A DNA stretch of 64,000 bases from an uncultured bacterium (GTDB lineage: Bacteria > Actinomycetota > Thermoleophilia > Solirubrobacterales > 70-9). The translations under genes and the position numbers were made by a program. Where the stretch lies: the NCBI GenBank assembly GCA_963734015.1, contig CAVTFG010000011.1:17842-81841 (forward strand). The letters run 5' to 3'. Under the pieces are notes generated by a model that saw only the letters and a list, made by a program, of their open reading frames with translations, did not search any database and was not told the DNA's origin. Positions 9,070 through 17,257 of the stretch are shown here, piece by piece. How positions within the stretch are numbered: position 1 is the first letter of the stretch; each line of letters starts with the position of its first letter.

Positions 9070-10214
9070 CAGCTCACGTCAAAGAAGCCCATCCACCCCA
9101 GCTCGGCGAACTCGGTCTTGTGGGCGTGGAACATGAACGGGCCGGGGTTCGGGAACGTCATCTCGAGGATCCCGCGCTGCGCCTGCCCCTGGATCACCGT
9201 GTCGGTGAACTCGGTGGGCTCGAGCCGCGTGCCGGTCGGGTAGTAGTCGAAGAAGTTCCCGTGGATGTGGAACGAGTTGATCGGGTCGTACTCCAGCGCG
9301 TTCACGAGGTAGATCCGCACCGGCTCGCCGCGGTTGACCTCGATCGGCTCCGCCATGTAGTGGAACGGGATCCCGTTGACGGCGTAGAACTGGTTGCCCT
9401 CGCCGTCGAAGGTGGTGTTGAAGCCGTGCTGCACCATCACCATCTCGTCCGCTTCCGGGCGGCCCTGCTTGGGATCGACGATGAACGTCCCGTACATGCC
9501 GCGCGCGATGTGCTCGGCCAGCGGCGCGACGTGGCAGTGGTAGAGGTGGAGCCCGAACGGCTCCGCGTCGAACTCATACACGGTCGACTTGCCCGGGTTG
9601 ATGATCCCGGCGCCCTGGCCCGGCACCCCGTCCATCGCCGAGGGATGCAGCCCGTGGAAGTGCACCGTGTGCGGGTGGGCGGAGCCGTTCACGAAGCGGA
9701 TCCGCAGCTTGTCGCCCTCGCGACAGCGCAACGATGGCCCGGGAATCCGGCCGTCGTACGTCCAGGCAGGGAACTTGACGCCGGGCGCGATCTCGATCTC
9801 CTTGTCGGCCGCGACGAGGGTCCACTCGCGGAGGATCCGTCCGCTGGCCATGCGCTTCGTCTTGCCGTAGTCGAAGTCGCGCAGGATCTCGGTCGGGTTG
9901 AACCCGTTCCCGTCGTGATCGACGTTCAGCCCCCCGCGGAAGGTTGGGCCGGCGGTGCCGAGCCCGTTCGCGTGCACGGGAACGCCGCCGTGCCCGGTGT
10001 GGCCGGCGGCGGCCGCGACCGCATCGGGATGCTGGTTGCCGCCGAGCGCGTCGTGGAGCCCCTGGTGCGGGACGACCTCGTGCAGCGCCGCCAGGGCGGG
10101 ACCCGCCGCGAGGGCGCCGCCGAGCAGGCGGCGGCGACTCAAGCGGTGCGCGCGCTCGTCGGCGTCGGGCTGTGAGGCCTCGACGATCTCGGCCTCGGGC
10201 TTTCGGCCTTCCAC
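9069..10214 (-). CDS. Tat-secreted two-domain multicopper oxidase (NirK-like cupredoxin pair)
   Basis: Twin-arginine signal (SRRRLLGGALAAG). Copper-ligand blocks HTVHFHGLH, YHCHVAPLAEHIARGMYG and FMFHAHK. Confidence 0.8.
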   Translation of the reverse strand: MEGRKPEAEIVEASQPDADERAHRLSRRRLLGGALAAGPALAALHEVVPHQGLHDALGGNQHPDAVAAAAGHTGHGGVPVHANGLGTAGPTFRGGLNVDHDGNGFNPTEILRDFDYGKTKRMASGRILREWTLVAADKEIEIAPGVKFPAWTYDGRIPGPSLRCREGDKLRIRFVNGSAHPHTVHFHGLHPSAMDGVPGQGAGIINPGKSTVYEFDAEPFGLHLYHCHVAPLAEHIARGMYGTFIVDPKQGRPEADEMVMVQHGFNTTFDGEGNQFYAVNGIPFHYMAEPIEVNRGEPVRIYLVNALEYDPINSFHIHGNFFDYYPTGTRLEPTEFTDTVIQGQAQRGILEMTFPNPGPFMFHAHKTEFAELGWMGFFDVS

Positions 10215-10221
10215 AACAAAG

Positions 10222-10251
10222 ATTTTGACACATCAAAAAGCACGAGGTCAA
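10222..10251 (-). promoter_or_regulatory. Candidate sigma-70-type promoter for the MCO operon, likely giving a leaderless or very short-leader mRNA
   Basis: On the minus strand: TTGACC (10251-10246), a 17-18 nt spacer, TCAAAAT (10228-10222), then GTG at 10214 about 7 nt downstream. Confidence 0.4.
10223..10238. promoter_or_regulatory. Perfect palindrome TTTTGA-CACA-TCAAAA in the only AT-rich patch upstream of the MCO-ZIP-DtxR operon (candidate operator)
   Basis: Read directly: 6-bp inverted arms with a 4-nt spacer, overlapping the putative -10 of the minus-strand promoter. Confidence 0.4.
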
Positions 10252-10253
10252 GC

Positions 10254-11225
10254 GTGCCTAGAATCCGAGTCGTGACGACGGTCGAGCTCGACGGCCAGTA
10301 CCGCGCGCTCCGCGAGGAGGCGGGCATGCTCGAGCGCGGCGAGCGCCGGCTCCTGGCATGCCGGGGCCCGGACGCCGCCACCTACGTGCACGACCAGCTC
10401 ACGAACGACGTCGAGTCGCTCGAGCCGGGCCATGGGTGCTACGCGGCGCTGCTGGACCGCAAGGCGCATATGCAGGCCGACCTGCGCGTGCTGCGGATCG
10501 CCGCAGACGAGCTGCTGCTGGACACAGAACAGGCCGGGCGTGACGCACTCGGCGTGCACCTCGGCACGTACCGCGTCGGCCGTGACGTGGACTTCGAGAA
10601 CCTCGCCGAGGGTCACACGGTTCTTTCGGTGATCGGGCCCGCTGCCGCTTCCGCCACAGGCGTCGGACCCCTTGCGCCGGAGTACGCGCACCGCGAGGTC
10701 GCGATCGGCGGCGCCGGCGCACGCGCCGTGGCAACCGACGTCGGCATCGACCTGATCTGCGCGCGTGAAGACCTGGAGGCGATCGAGGCGACGCTCGAGG
10801 ACGCGGGGGTCGTGAGGGTGGATCCGGCGGCCGCCGAGATCGTGCGCGTCGAGTCCGGCCGGCCGCGGTTCGGCCTCGACATGACCACCGCCACGATTCC
10901 CCAGGAGGCGGGGATCAACGAGCGCGCCGTCAACTTCGACAAGGGCTGCTACATCGGCCAGGAGACCGTCGCGCGGCTCCACTATCGCGGCAAGCCGAAC
11001 CGCCACCTGCGCGGGCTTCGCCTCTCCGGCCAGGTCGAGCCCGGAGCGGTGGTCAGGCTCGGCGACCGAGAACTGGGCACGGTCGGCACCGCGGTCCTCT
11101 CACCCGCCCACGGCCCGATCGCGCTGGCGATCCTGCGCCGTGAGGCGGAGCCCGGTTCGACGGTTGAGATCGACGCGAACGGCGCCACGGTCGAGGCGGG
11201 GGTTGTCGAGCTTCCGTTCGTTTAG
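10254..11225 (+). CDS. ygfZ: Folate-binding YgfZ / glycine-cleavage-T-like Fe-S cluster assembly factor
   Basis: Diagnostic KGCYIGQE motif (FDKGCYIGQETVAR) plus GcvT-like N-terminal region. An alternative GTG start lies at 10272. Confidence 0.8.
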   Translation: MPRIRVVTTVELDGQYRALREEAGMLERGERRLLACRGPDAATYVHDQLTNDVESLEPGHGCYAALLDRKAHMQADLRVLRIAADELLLDTEQAGRDALGVHLGTYRVGRDVDFENLAEGHTVLSVIGPAAASATGVGPLAPEYAHREVAIGGAGARAVATDVGIDLICAREDLEAIEATLEDAGVVRVDPAAAEIVRVESGRPRFGLDMTTATIPQEAGINERAVNFDKGCYIGQETVARLHYRGKPNRHLRGLRLSGQVEPGAVVRLGDRELGTVGTAVLSPAHGPIALAILRREAEPGSTVEIDANGATVEAGVVELPFV

Positions 11226-11239
11226 GGTTTCGCTCGGAG

Positions 11240-11674
11240 ATGTGGTTTCGGGAGGCCGCTGGCCTAACGCGCGGCGTGCGCGCCGGAGTGCTTGGCCTGC
11301 TGGCGGCGGCCGTACTCCTGCTCGGCGCCTGCGGCGAGGACGATTTCCCGAATGACCCGCGCCCGGCGAGCCCGGTCGACCTGACCGCCGCGATCGACGA
11401 TCGCAGCGTCACCGTCTCCCCAGGGGCGCTCGGGGCGGGCCTCGTGACGCTCACGGTCTCGAACCAGACCGGCGAGCCCGCCCGCCTGGCGCTCGAGGGT
11501 CCCACGTTCGCCTCCACCAACGAGATCCCGCCGGGAGGGACCGGCACGATCAAGACCACCCTGGAGGAGGGCGACTACGAGGCGACCGCGGGTACCGAGG
11601 TCAACATCCGGCCCGGTCGGATCACCGTCGGGCCCGAGCGCCCGAGCTCGCAGAACGAGCTGTTACAGCCGTAG
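11240..11674 (+). CDS. Small lipoprotein, Ig/cupredoxin-like beta protein of unknown function
   Basis: Signal peptide with lipobox LLLGAC followed by a beta-rich mature region. Confidence 0.6.
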   Translation: MWFREAAGLTRGVRAGVLGLLAAAVLLLGACGEDDFPNDPRPASPVDLTAAIDDRSVTVSPGALGAGLVTLTVSNQTGEPARLALEGPTFASTNEIPPGGTGTIKTTLEEGDYEATAGTEVNIRPGRITVGPERPSSQNELLQP

Positions 11675-12949
11675 CTATCCCGAGGCGGAGTCGTCCGCCT
11701 CGGCCACGAGGGCGTCGATGCGGTCCAGCTTCTCCTGGAGCGACGCGATCATCGCGTCGAGGCCGGCCCGGGCCTTGTCCGAGCTGGTCTTGATGCCCGT
11801 GAGCATCGAGCGAATGGCCTGCGCCTGCTTGAGCAGCGTGATCGCCTCGGCGGTGATGTCGCGCACGGCCACCGCGTCGACGTCGAGCTCGCGGTCGCGC
11901 GCCATCAGGACTCGCGCCGCGGCGAGCCGATAGGCGACCTCGAGCACCAGCGAGTCGGGCTCCTCGCGGTCGACCGCCACGATCAGCTTGTTGCCCTCGT
12001 ACTCGGTGAGCTGCTCGCGGCCGGACGGAACGCGGTCCTCGCCGGCCACGACCAGCACGCCGAACGATGCGGCCCGTGCGGTCATGCCGCCATTCAGCTC
12101 GTTCCAGGCGGCGTGCTTCGAAAGCTTCTTGTCCTTTGCCTCGAACACGATCCGGCCCGTGGACGGCCCCTCGCCGGCGCCGAGCTCGATCAGCGTGTCG
12201 CCCTTCTTGCCGCCGCCTTCGGCGCCCTCGGTACCTGTGTGCGACGCGCAGTCACCGCGGCTGGACGCGATCCGCTCGACCGCCTTGTGTACGCGCTCCT
12301 CGAAGGTGAAGCCCTTGGCGGTGCCGCGCTCGGCCTCGGTGGCCACCCGCTCATCGGCGTCCTCGCGCTCGCGAAGCTCGATCACCTGGCGCTGGAGCGC
12401 CTCGATGCGCTTGCGGTTCGCCTCGCCCTCGTTCTGCTGGCGCTCGTCGAGCGCCTTGAGGCCGCGGACGACGGCTGCCTTGAAGTCCGTGAGCGGGTTC
12501 GCCCCGTCCTCGGCCGAGAACAGCTGGGCGATCTTCGTCCGCTGCTCCTCCAGCGCCTCGGACAGCATGGCGTCGATCTCCTTCTGCACGGATCCGTCGC
12601 GAGTACCGTCGAAGGTCTCGGCGATCCGCTCGGCAAGCTGCTGATCGCCGGTCTCGAGCGCCTTCGAGAGCCGCTCGCGCAGAGCTCCTGCGTGGCGCTC
12701 GAACTCGGCCCGGACGTAGTCGACGTTGACGGCCGTCTCCTCGGTGTCGAGAACCCGGGCGCCGATCTCGATGGCCTTCGTGATCGTGACGCCCGGCGGC
12801 TGGCCGGCCTCGGCCCGTTCACGAACGACGCGCGCGGCGCGCTCGTCGGTGAGCTCGAGCCGCTCGATCACGAGCCGGTCGCCGATCGCGCGGACCGCAC
12901 CCTGATCGATGCCGTCGAGTGGTAGTTGTGGCTTCTCCGAGGCTTCCAT
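11675..12949 (-). CDS. Coiled-coil protein with C-terminal PD-(D/E)xK nuclease-like core (DUF2130/RmuC-like architecture)
   Basis: Long Glu/Arg/Ala-rich helical N-terminal half, then KKGDTLIEL...GRIVFEAKDKKLSKHAAW (a D...ExK motif laid out as in DUF2130). Confidence 0.55.
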   Translation of the reverse strand: MEASEKPQLPLDGIDQGAVRAIGDRLVIERLELTDERAARVVRERAEAGQPPGVTITKAIEIGARVLDTEETAVNVDYVRAEFERHAGALRERLSKALETGDQQLAERIAETFDGTRDGSVQKEIDAMLSEALEEQRTKIAQLFSAEDGANPLTDFKAAVVRGLKALDERQQNEGEANRKRIEALQRQVIELREREDADERVATEAERGTAKGFTFEERVHKAVERIASSRGDCASHTGTEGAEGGGKKGDTLIELGAGEGPSTGRIVFEAKDKKLSKHAAWNELNGGMTARAASFGVLVVAGEDRVPSGREQLTEYEGNKLIVAVDREEPDSLVLEVAYRLAAARVLMARDRELDVDAVAVRDITAEAITLLKQAQAIRSMLTGIKTSSDKARAGLDAMIASLQEKLDRIDALVAEADDSASG

Positions 12950-13032
12950 AGTGGACGTTTCAAGGTAGTCGCGCGACCGGACGGGAACCTGACAGCTGCA
13001 ACGCGGCTACCATCCCGCGGCCCTCCAATGAA

Positions 13033-13092
13033 ATGGGTGAGCGACGTAAGGCGCGAAAGAAACACTGCCTCCCTGGCAAGGGATTGAGTTAG
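13033..13092 (+). CDS. Conserved 19-codon small ORF, copy A (MGERRKARKKHCLPGKGLS), ending 2 nt before the ccr GTG
   Basis: Nucleotide and peptide similarity to 45464-45523 and to 22157-22225 (reverse strand). Starts with ATG; TAG at 13090-13092. No clear SD. Confidence 0.45.
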   Translation: MGERRKARKKHCLPGKGLS

Positions 13093-13094
13093 GA

Positions 13095-14363
13095 GTGACG
13101 CAAGAAGTGGCTGTAGACGTATCCGAGGTCTCGAAGCTCGACGTGGAGCCCGGCTCGCTGCCGGAGACGATGGCGGCGTGGGTCATCCGGCCCGAGCGCG
13201 AGGGCGAGCCGAAGGACGCCTTCCAGATCGAGGAGATCGAGGTCCCCGAGCCGCAGGCGTTCGAGGTGATCGTCCGGGTCATGGCCGCCGGCGTCAACTT
13301 CAACAACGTCTGGGCGGCGCTCGGCAAGCCCGTTTCCGTGTTCGGCTACGGCGACCACCCGGAGTACGGCCACCACATCGGCGGCTCGGATGCCTCGGGC
13401 GTGGTCTGGAAGGTCGGCCCCGGAGTCACCAATTGGAAGCCCGGCGACGAGGTGGTGGTCCACTGCAACCAGGCGTCCTACGAGGACGTCGAGGTTCACG
13501 GCCTCGACCCGTTGGCGGCGCCCAGCCAGAAGATCTGGGGCTATGAGACCACCTGGGGCTCGTTCGCCCAGTTCACGAAGGTCCAGGCCCAGCAGCTCCT
13601 GCCGAAGCCGAAGAACCTCTCGTGGGTCGACTCGTCGGCCTACGGCCTCACGTACTTCACCGCCTACCGCATGCTGATGGACCGCTGCAGGGTGCAGGCC
13701 GGTCACAACGTCCTCATCTGGGGCGCCGCCGGCGGCCTCGGCGTCTTCGCGACGCAGATCTGCAAGGCGGCGGGCGCCAACGCGGTCGGCGTCGTCTCGT
13801 CGGCGGAGAAGGGCCGGCTGGTGAAGTCGCTCGGTGCCGTCGACTACATCGACCGCAACGAGTTCGCCGGGATGATGCGCAAGGGCGGCGAGACGCCGGA
13901 CGAGGAGAAGGAGCGCTTCGGTGTGAGCAGGGCGTTCGCGAAGAAGGTGAAGTCGATCCTGGGCGACGCGCCCGACATCGTCTTCGAGCACGTCGGCCAG
14001 GCGACGTTCCCCACCTCCGTCTTCACCGTCAAGCCGTTCGGCAAGGTCGTGATCTGCGGAGCCACCTCGGGCTACACCCTCGACTTCGACGTCCGCTATC
14101 TGTGGATGAAGCAGAAGGAGATCCTGGGCTCGCACTTCGCGAACGCGTACGAGTGCATGCGCGCCAACCAGCTCATGGCGGAGGGCAAGATCCGCCCGGT
14201 GCTGTGGAAGGCGATGGGCTTCGACGGAGTCCCCGAGGCGCATCAGCTCATGCACGAGAACAAGCACGCGGGCAAGATCACGACGATGGTCGGCGCCACC
14301 GACAAGGACGAGGGCCAGGACGTGGACGGTCCGGGCGCGATCTGGGCCGAGGTGGGCGCGTAG
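13095..14363 (+). CDS. ccr: Crotonyl-CoA carboxylase/reductase
   Basis: Ccr-type MDR. It has the long N-terminal extension, AAGVNFNNVW, the HCNQASYEDVEVHGLDP...IWGYETTWGSFAQF block characteristic of Ccr, and GAAGGLG. An alternative start is GTG 13107. Confidence 0.88.
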   Translation: MTQEVAVDVSEVSKLDVEPGSLPETMAAWVIRPEREGEPKDAFQIEEIEVPEPQAFEVIVRVMAAGVNFNNVWAALGKPVSVFGYGDHPEYGHHIGGSDASGVVWKVGPGVTNWKPGDEVVVHCNQASYEDVEVHGLDPLAAPSQKIWGYETTWGSFAQFTKVQAQQLLPKPKNLSWVDSSAYGLTYFTAYRMLMDRCRVQAGHNVLIWGAAGGLGVFATQICKAAGANAVGVVSSAEKGRLVKSLGAVDYIDRNEFAGMMRKGGETPDEEKERFGVSRAFAKKVKSILGDAPDIVFEHVGQATFPTSVFTVKPFGKVVICGATSGYTLDFDVRYLWMKQKEILGSHFANAYECMRANQLMAEGKIRPVLWKAMGFDGVPEAHQLMHENKHAGKITTMVGATDKDEGQDVDGPGAIWAEVGA

Positions 14364-14383
14364 CCAGGGTTAGGATCACTTCG

Positions 14384-14692
14384 ATGCAGCTGAACTACAT
14401 CGAGTGGCACGTCACGCCGTTCCGATCCGAGCAATGGCTCGAGATCTGGCGGCCGGCGCTCGACCGGGCCCTCGCGGCCGGCGCCAGCACCTGCTACCTC
14501 ACGCGGAACATCGACGACCCGCTCCACTTCCGCCAGGTGTCCGTGTGGGAGGACCCGTCGGACTTCGATGCCTACTGGGCGTCGGACGAGATCGCGCGCC
14601 TTCGCCAGGAGGCGATGGCTTACTACCACAAGCCGGTCGTCTCGGTCTGGCACTCGCTCGCCGCCGAGGCGGCACTCGACCGCAGCGCGTAG
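14384..14692 (+). CDS. Small ABM/Dabb-fold-like protein (hypothetical), downstream of ccr
   Basis: 102-aa ORF (MQLNYIEWHV...WEDPSDFDAYW), typical of antibiotic-biosynthesis-monooxygenase-like ferredoxin folds. Confidence 0.55.
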   Translation: MQLNYIEWHVTPFRSEQWLEIWRPALDRALAAGASTCYLTRNIDDPLHFRQVSVWEDPSDFDAYWASDEIARLRQEAMAYYHKPVVSVWHSLAAEAALDRSA

Positions 14693-14695
14693 CGC

Positions 14696-15625
14696 CTAAG
14701 CCACGACCTGAAGCCGTGCGTGCTGCTTCGCGAAGCGCTCGCCCGCCTCGACGAGAACGCTGAGCATCGCATCGGTCGCCGCTGAGCGGGTGCGCCGCGT
14801 CTCGGCCCAAACCCGTCGGACGGGCGCGGGCGGCTCGGTGGGCAGGACGACGATGTCGCTGCGCAGCGTGGGCAGGGCGAGGTCGGGCAGGAGCGTCACG
14901 CCGAGCCCGGCGGCCACGAAGCCCTGGAGCACGTTGTAGTCGTCGGACTCGAACCCGACCCGCGGCTCGTACCCCGCGTCGCGGCAGGCCCGTTTCACCA
15001 TCTCGCCGCAGGAGCTCGGCGAGTCGCCGCTCAGCCAGACGTCGTCGCTGAGATCGGTCATGTTCACCTTCGCCCTGGACGCCAGTTCGTGCTGGGCGGG
15101 CAGCGCGACGTGCATCGATTCGGTGAGGAGGAGGCTGCGCTCGAGGTCGCGCTCGTCTGAGCCGGGCAGCGCCAGGTAGTCGAAGGTGAGCGCGAGGTCG
15201 ATCTCACCGGCCCGCAGGCGCGGGAGCGACTCCTCGGGCTCGGCCTCGGTGACGCTCAGGCGGACCTTGGGATGACGCTCGACGAAGTCGGAGACCGCCA
15301 TCGTCAAGAGCGTCGCGCTCGCGCTGGGAAAGCTCGCGATCCGCACCTCGCCGCCCTCGAGCCCGGCGATCGCGGCCAGTTCGCGCTCGGCCTCGTCGAG
15401 CCGGGCGATCGCCGCATCGGCGTGATCCACGAGCACGCGGCCCGCGTCGGTGGGCAGCGTGCCCTCGCGGGTGCGCTCCAGGAGCTTCATCCCGACCTCG
15501 CGCTCGAGCGTCGCCACCTGCTGGCTCACGGCCGACTGCGACAGGTAGAGCGCCTCGGCGGCGGCCGAGAACGAGCCCCGGGCCGCGACCTCACGCAGGA
15601 TCCGTAGCCGCTTCACATCAAGCAT
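14696..15625 (-). CDS. LysR-family transcriptional regulator
   Basis: N-terminal HTH (LRILREVAARGSFSAAAEALYLSQSAVSQQV) plus a LysR substrate-binding domain. Confidence 0.92.
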   Translation of the reverse strand: MLDVKRLRILREVAARGSFSAAAEALYLSQSAVSQQVATLEREVGMKLLERTREGTLPTDAGRVLVDHADAAIARLDEAERELAAIAGLEGGEVRIASFPSASATLLTMAVSDFVERHPKVRLSVTEAEPEESLPRLRAGEIDLALTFDYLALPGSDERDLERSLLLTESMHVALPAQHELASRAKVNMTDLSDDVWLSGDSPSSCGEMVKRACRDAGYEPRVGFESDDYNVLQGFVAAGLGVTLLPDLALPTLRSDIVVLPTEPPAPVRRVWAETRRTRSAATDAMLSVLVEAGERFAKQHARLQVVA

Positions 15626-15638
15626 AAGTGCACCTTAT
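15624..15638. promoter_or_regulatory. LTTR-type T-N11-A palindrome ATAAG-N5-CTTAT overlapping the LysR start codon
   Basis: Read directly: ATAAGTGCACCTTAT. It lies in the divergent region between the LysR gene and ORF 15740. Confidence 0.45.
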
Positions 15639-15739
15639 CAGATCTCGCAGAAGTTCCTGTTGCGCTTATTCCACTCCGGCGCGACCATGACTGCATCACG
15701 AACGACCGCTGTCGATCGTTCAGGAGACGGAGGCCAAAG

Positions 15740-16120
15740 ATGAGGCAACAGACCGAGATCCAGAAGATGACCGAGGTGACGATCCGCAAGCTCACCGGCG
15801 ACGACACTCCGGCCGTGCTGCGCCTCGTCCAGCTCGATTCGGCGGACCCACCGGAGGGCGAGCTCCTCGGCGCCGAGATCGACGGCACGCTCGTGGCGTT
15901 CGCCCCGATCTCCGGCGGCAGGACCGTCGCGGATCCGTTCAGCCGGACCTCGGAGCTCAGCGCGCTGCTGTCGTTGCGTGCCGCTCAGCTCCGCGGGCAC
16001 CAGCACCGGAGCCGCCGGTTCGGCGGACTGTTCCACCGGGACCAAAGCCATCCCGCGCGCCCGTCGGCTCCAGCTCCCCCCGGCGCGGGCGACCGGCTCC
16101 TGAGCCAGTCTCTGCGCTGA
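15740..16120 (+). CDS. Hypothetical protein, divergent from the LysR gene
   Basis: 126-aa ORF with a good SD (GGAGACGGAGG, 6 nt, ATG). No known motif. Confidence 0.5.
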   Translation: MRQQTEIQKMTEVTIRKLTGDDTPAVLRLVQLDSADPPEGELLGAEIDGTLVAFAPISGGRTVADPFSRTSELSALLSLRAAQLRGHQHRSRRFGGLFHRDQSHPARPSAPAPPGAGDRLLSQSLR

Positions 16121-16137
16121 CCCTCCCGCGCGCATCC

Positions 16138-16180
16138 GACGCCTCGGCGGGCCCCGGCCGCCGAGGCGTCAGCCTTTTTC
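16138..16180 (+). terminator. Intrinsic terminator: 13-bp GC stem plus T-run
   Basis: GACGCCTCGGCGG (16138-16150) pairs with CCGCCGAGGCGTC (16158-16170), followed by AGCCTTTTTC. It sits between convergent genes. Confidence 0.65.
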
Positions 16181-16459
16181 GAGCGGGGCCATTGTGAGCC
16201 CCGCCTGCTCCAGCTGCTCCCAGTAGAGCTCGGCCGGCTCGCGCTGGCCGGTCCAGACGATCGCCTGGCCCGAATTGTGGATCTGGTCCGCGAACCGGTA
16301 GCCGGCATCGAGGTTCACGCCGGGGATCACCCGGGCGAGCGTCTTCGCCACGTGGTCGAACGTGTTGTGGCTGTCGTTGAGCACGATCACGCGCCAGCTC
16401 CCTCCCAGCCCCGAGCCGGGCCCGGCGCCACGCGGACGTTCGATCGTCTCCGTGCTCAT
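16169..16459 (-). CDS. clpS: ATP-dependent Clp protease adaptor ClpS
   Basis: WRVIVLNDSHNTFDHVAKTLARVIPG...A...IHNSGQAIVW matches the ClpS core. Start set at MSTETIE. Confidence 0.88.
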   Translation of the reverse strand: MSTETIERPRGAGPGSGLGGSWRVIVLNDSHNTFDHVAKTLARVIPGVNLDAGYRFADQIHNSGQAIVWTGQREPAELYWEQLEQAGLTMAPLEKG

Positions 16460-16499
16460 GGAGAAAGCGTAGGAGCGCTGTCGGTGGCGTGCGGTTCCG

Positions 16500-17189
16500 C
16501 TACTCGGCGATGCCGACGCGAACCCGGGTGAACGAGCCCACGGTGGGACGGCTCGACTTCTTGCGGCTCCCGATGCCGAAGCCGACCTTGCGCCCGCCGA
16601 CCTGGTCGGGGTTCGGATCGACCACCGAGACCAGTTCGTCACCGTTCACCAGCGCCCTGATCCTCGCGCCCTTGGCTTCGAGGCGCAGCGCGTTCGGCTT
16701 GTTCAGCTTCCGGATCGCGTTGCTGCGGCCCGCCTCGGAGACGGCGTTCGCCGACGGGCTTCGATCGAGCTTGTAGCGGCCGCTCTTGGGCCGGATCTGG
16801 AGCTCGTACCAGTCGCCGCGGCCCAGCCGGAGCTTGACCGCCAGATAAGCCGACTTGCGCAGGGCCTTCGGGGTCTTCCTCGGCAGGATCTGGCCCTTGG
16901 CGAAGATCACGTGGTTGGGCTGCGCGGCATCACCGACGACCGGCGGGCTGAACTCGCAGAGGCGCTTGCCGTTCACGGTCACGTTCATCGACTTCGCGCC
17001 CTTGCGATAGCGCTTGTCGCATTTCTTGCCACCGCCTGTGCGCTTGATCTCCTTGTAGGCGCCTCGCGACGAGAAGCCGTTCCCGTAGACGTAGACGATC
17101 GCGGCCGCGCTGGCCGTCAGGGCAAGCGAGAGGGCCCCCGCGGTCAGCAGCAGGGCGAGCGTGCGTGTGGGTTTGCGCTTCGGAAGCAT
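16500..17189 (-). CDS. Secreted, very basic beta-rich protein (LamG/concanavalin-like guess)
   Basis: Signal peptide (LALLLTAGALSLALTASAAA) and a Lys/Arg-rich mature chain. Confidence 0.5.
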   Translation of the reverse strand: MLPKRKPTRTLALLLTAGALSLALTASAAAIVYVYGNGFSSRGAYKEIKRTGGGKKCDKRYRKGAKSMNVTVNGKRLCEFSPPVVGDAAQPNHVIFAKGQILPRKTPKALRKSAYLAVKLRLGRGDWYELQIRPKSGRYKLDRSPSANAVSEAGRSNAIRKLNKPNALRLEAKGARIRALVNGDELVSVVDPNPDQVGGRKVGFGIGSRKKSSRPTVGSFTRVRVGIAE

Positions 17190-17257
17190 GAACGGATGAG
17201 CCTAGAGGGAAAGACACGCGCCAAGGCCCAAAGGTGCGGTGCCGTGAATGCTCGCGC

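Noticed and set aside
10201-10260. IdeR/DtxR iron box (TTAGGTTAGGCTAACCTAA-like) upstream of the DtxR-containing operon
   Set aside because: No sequence resembling the 19-bp iron box is present. Only the unrelated TTTTGA-CACA-TCAAAA palindrome is there, reported separately as a candidate.
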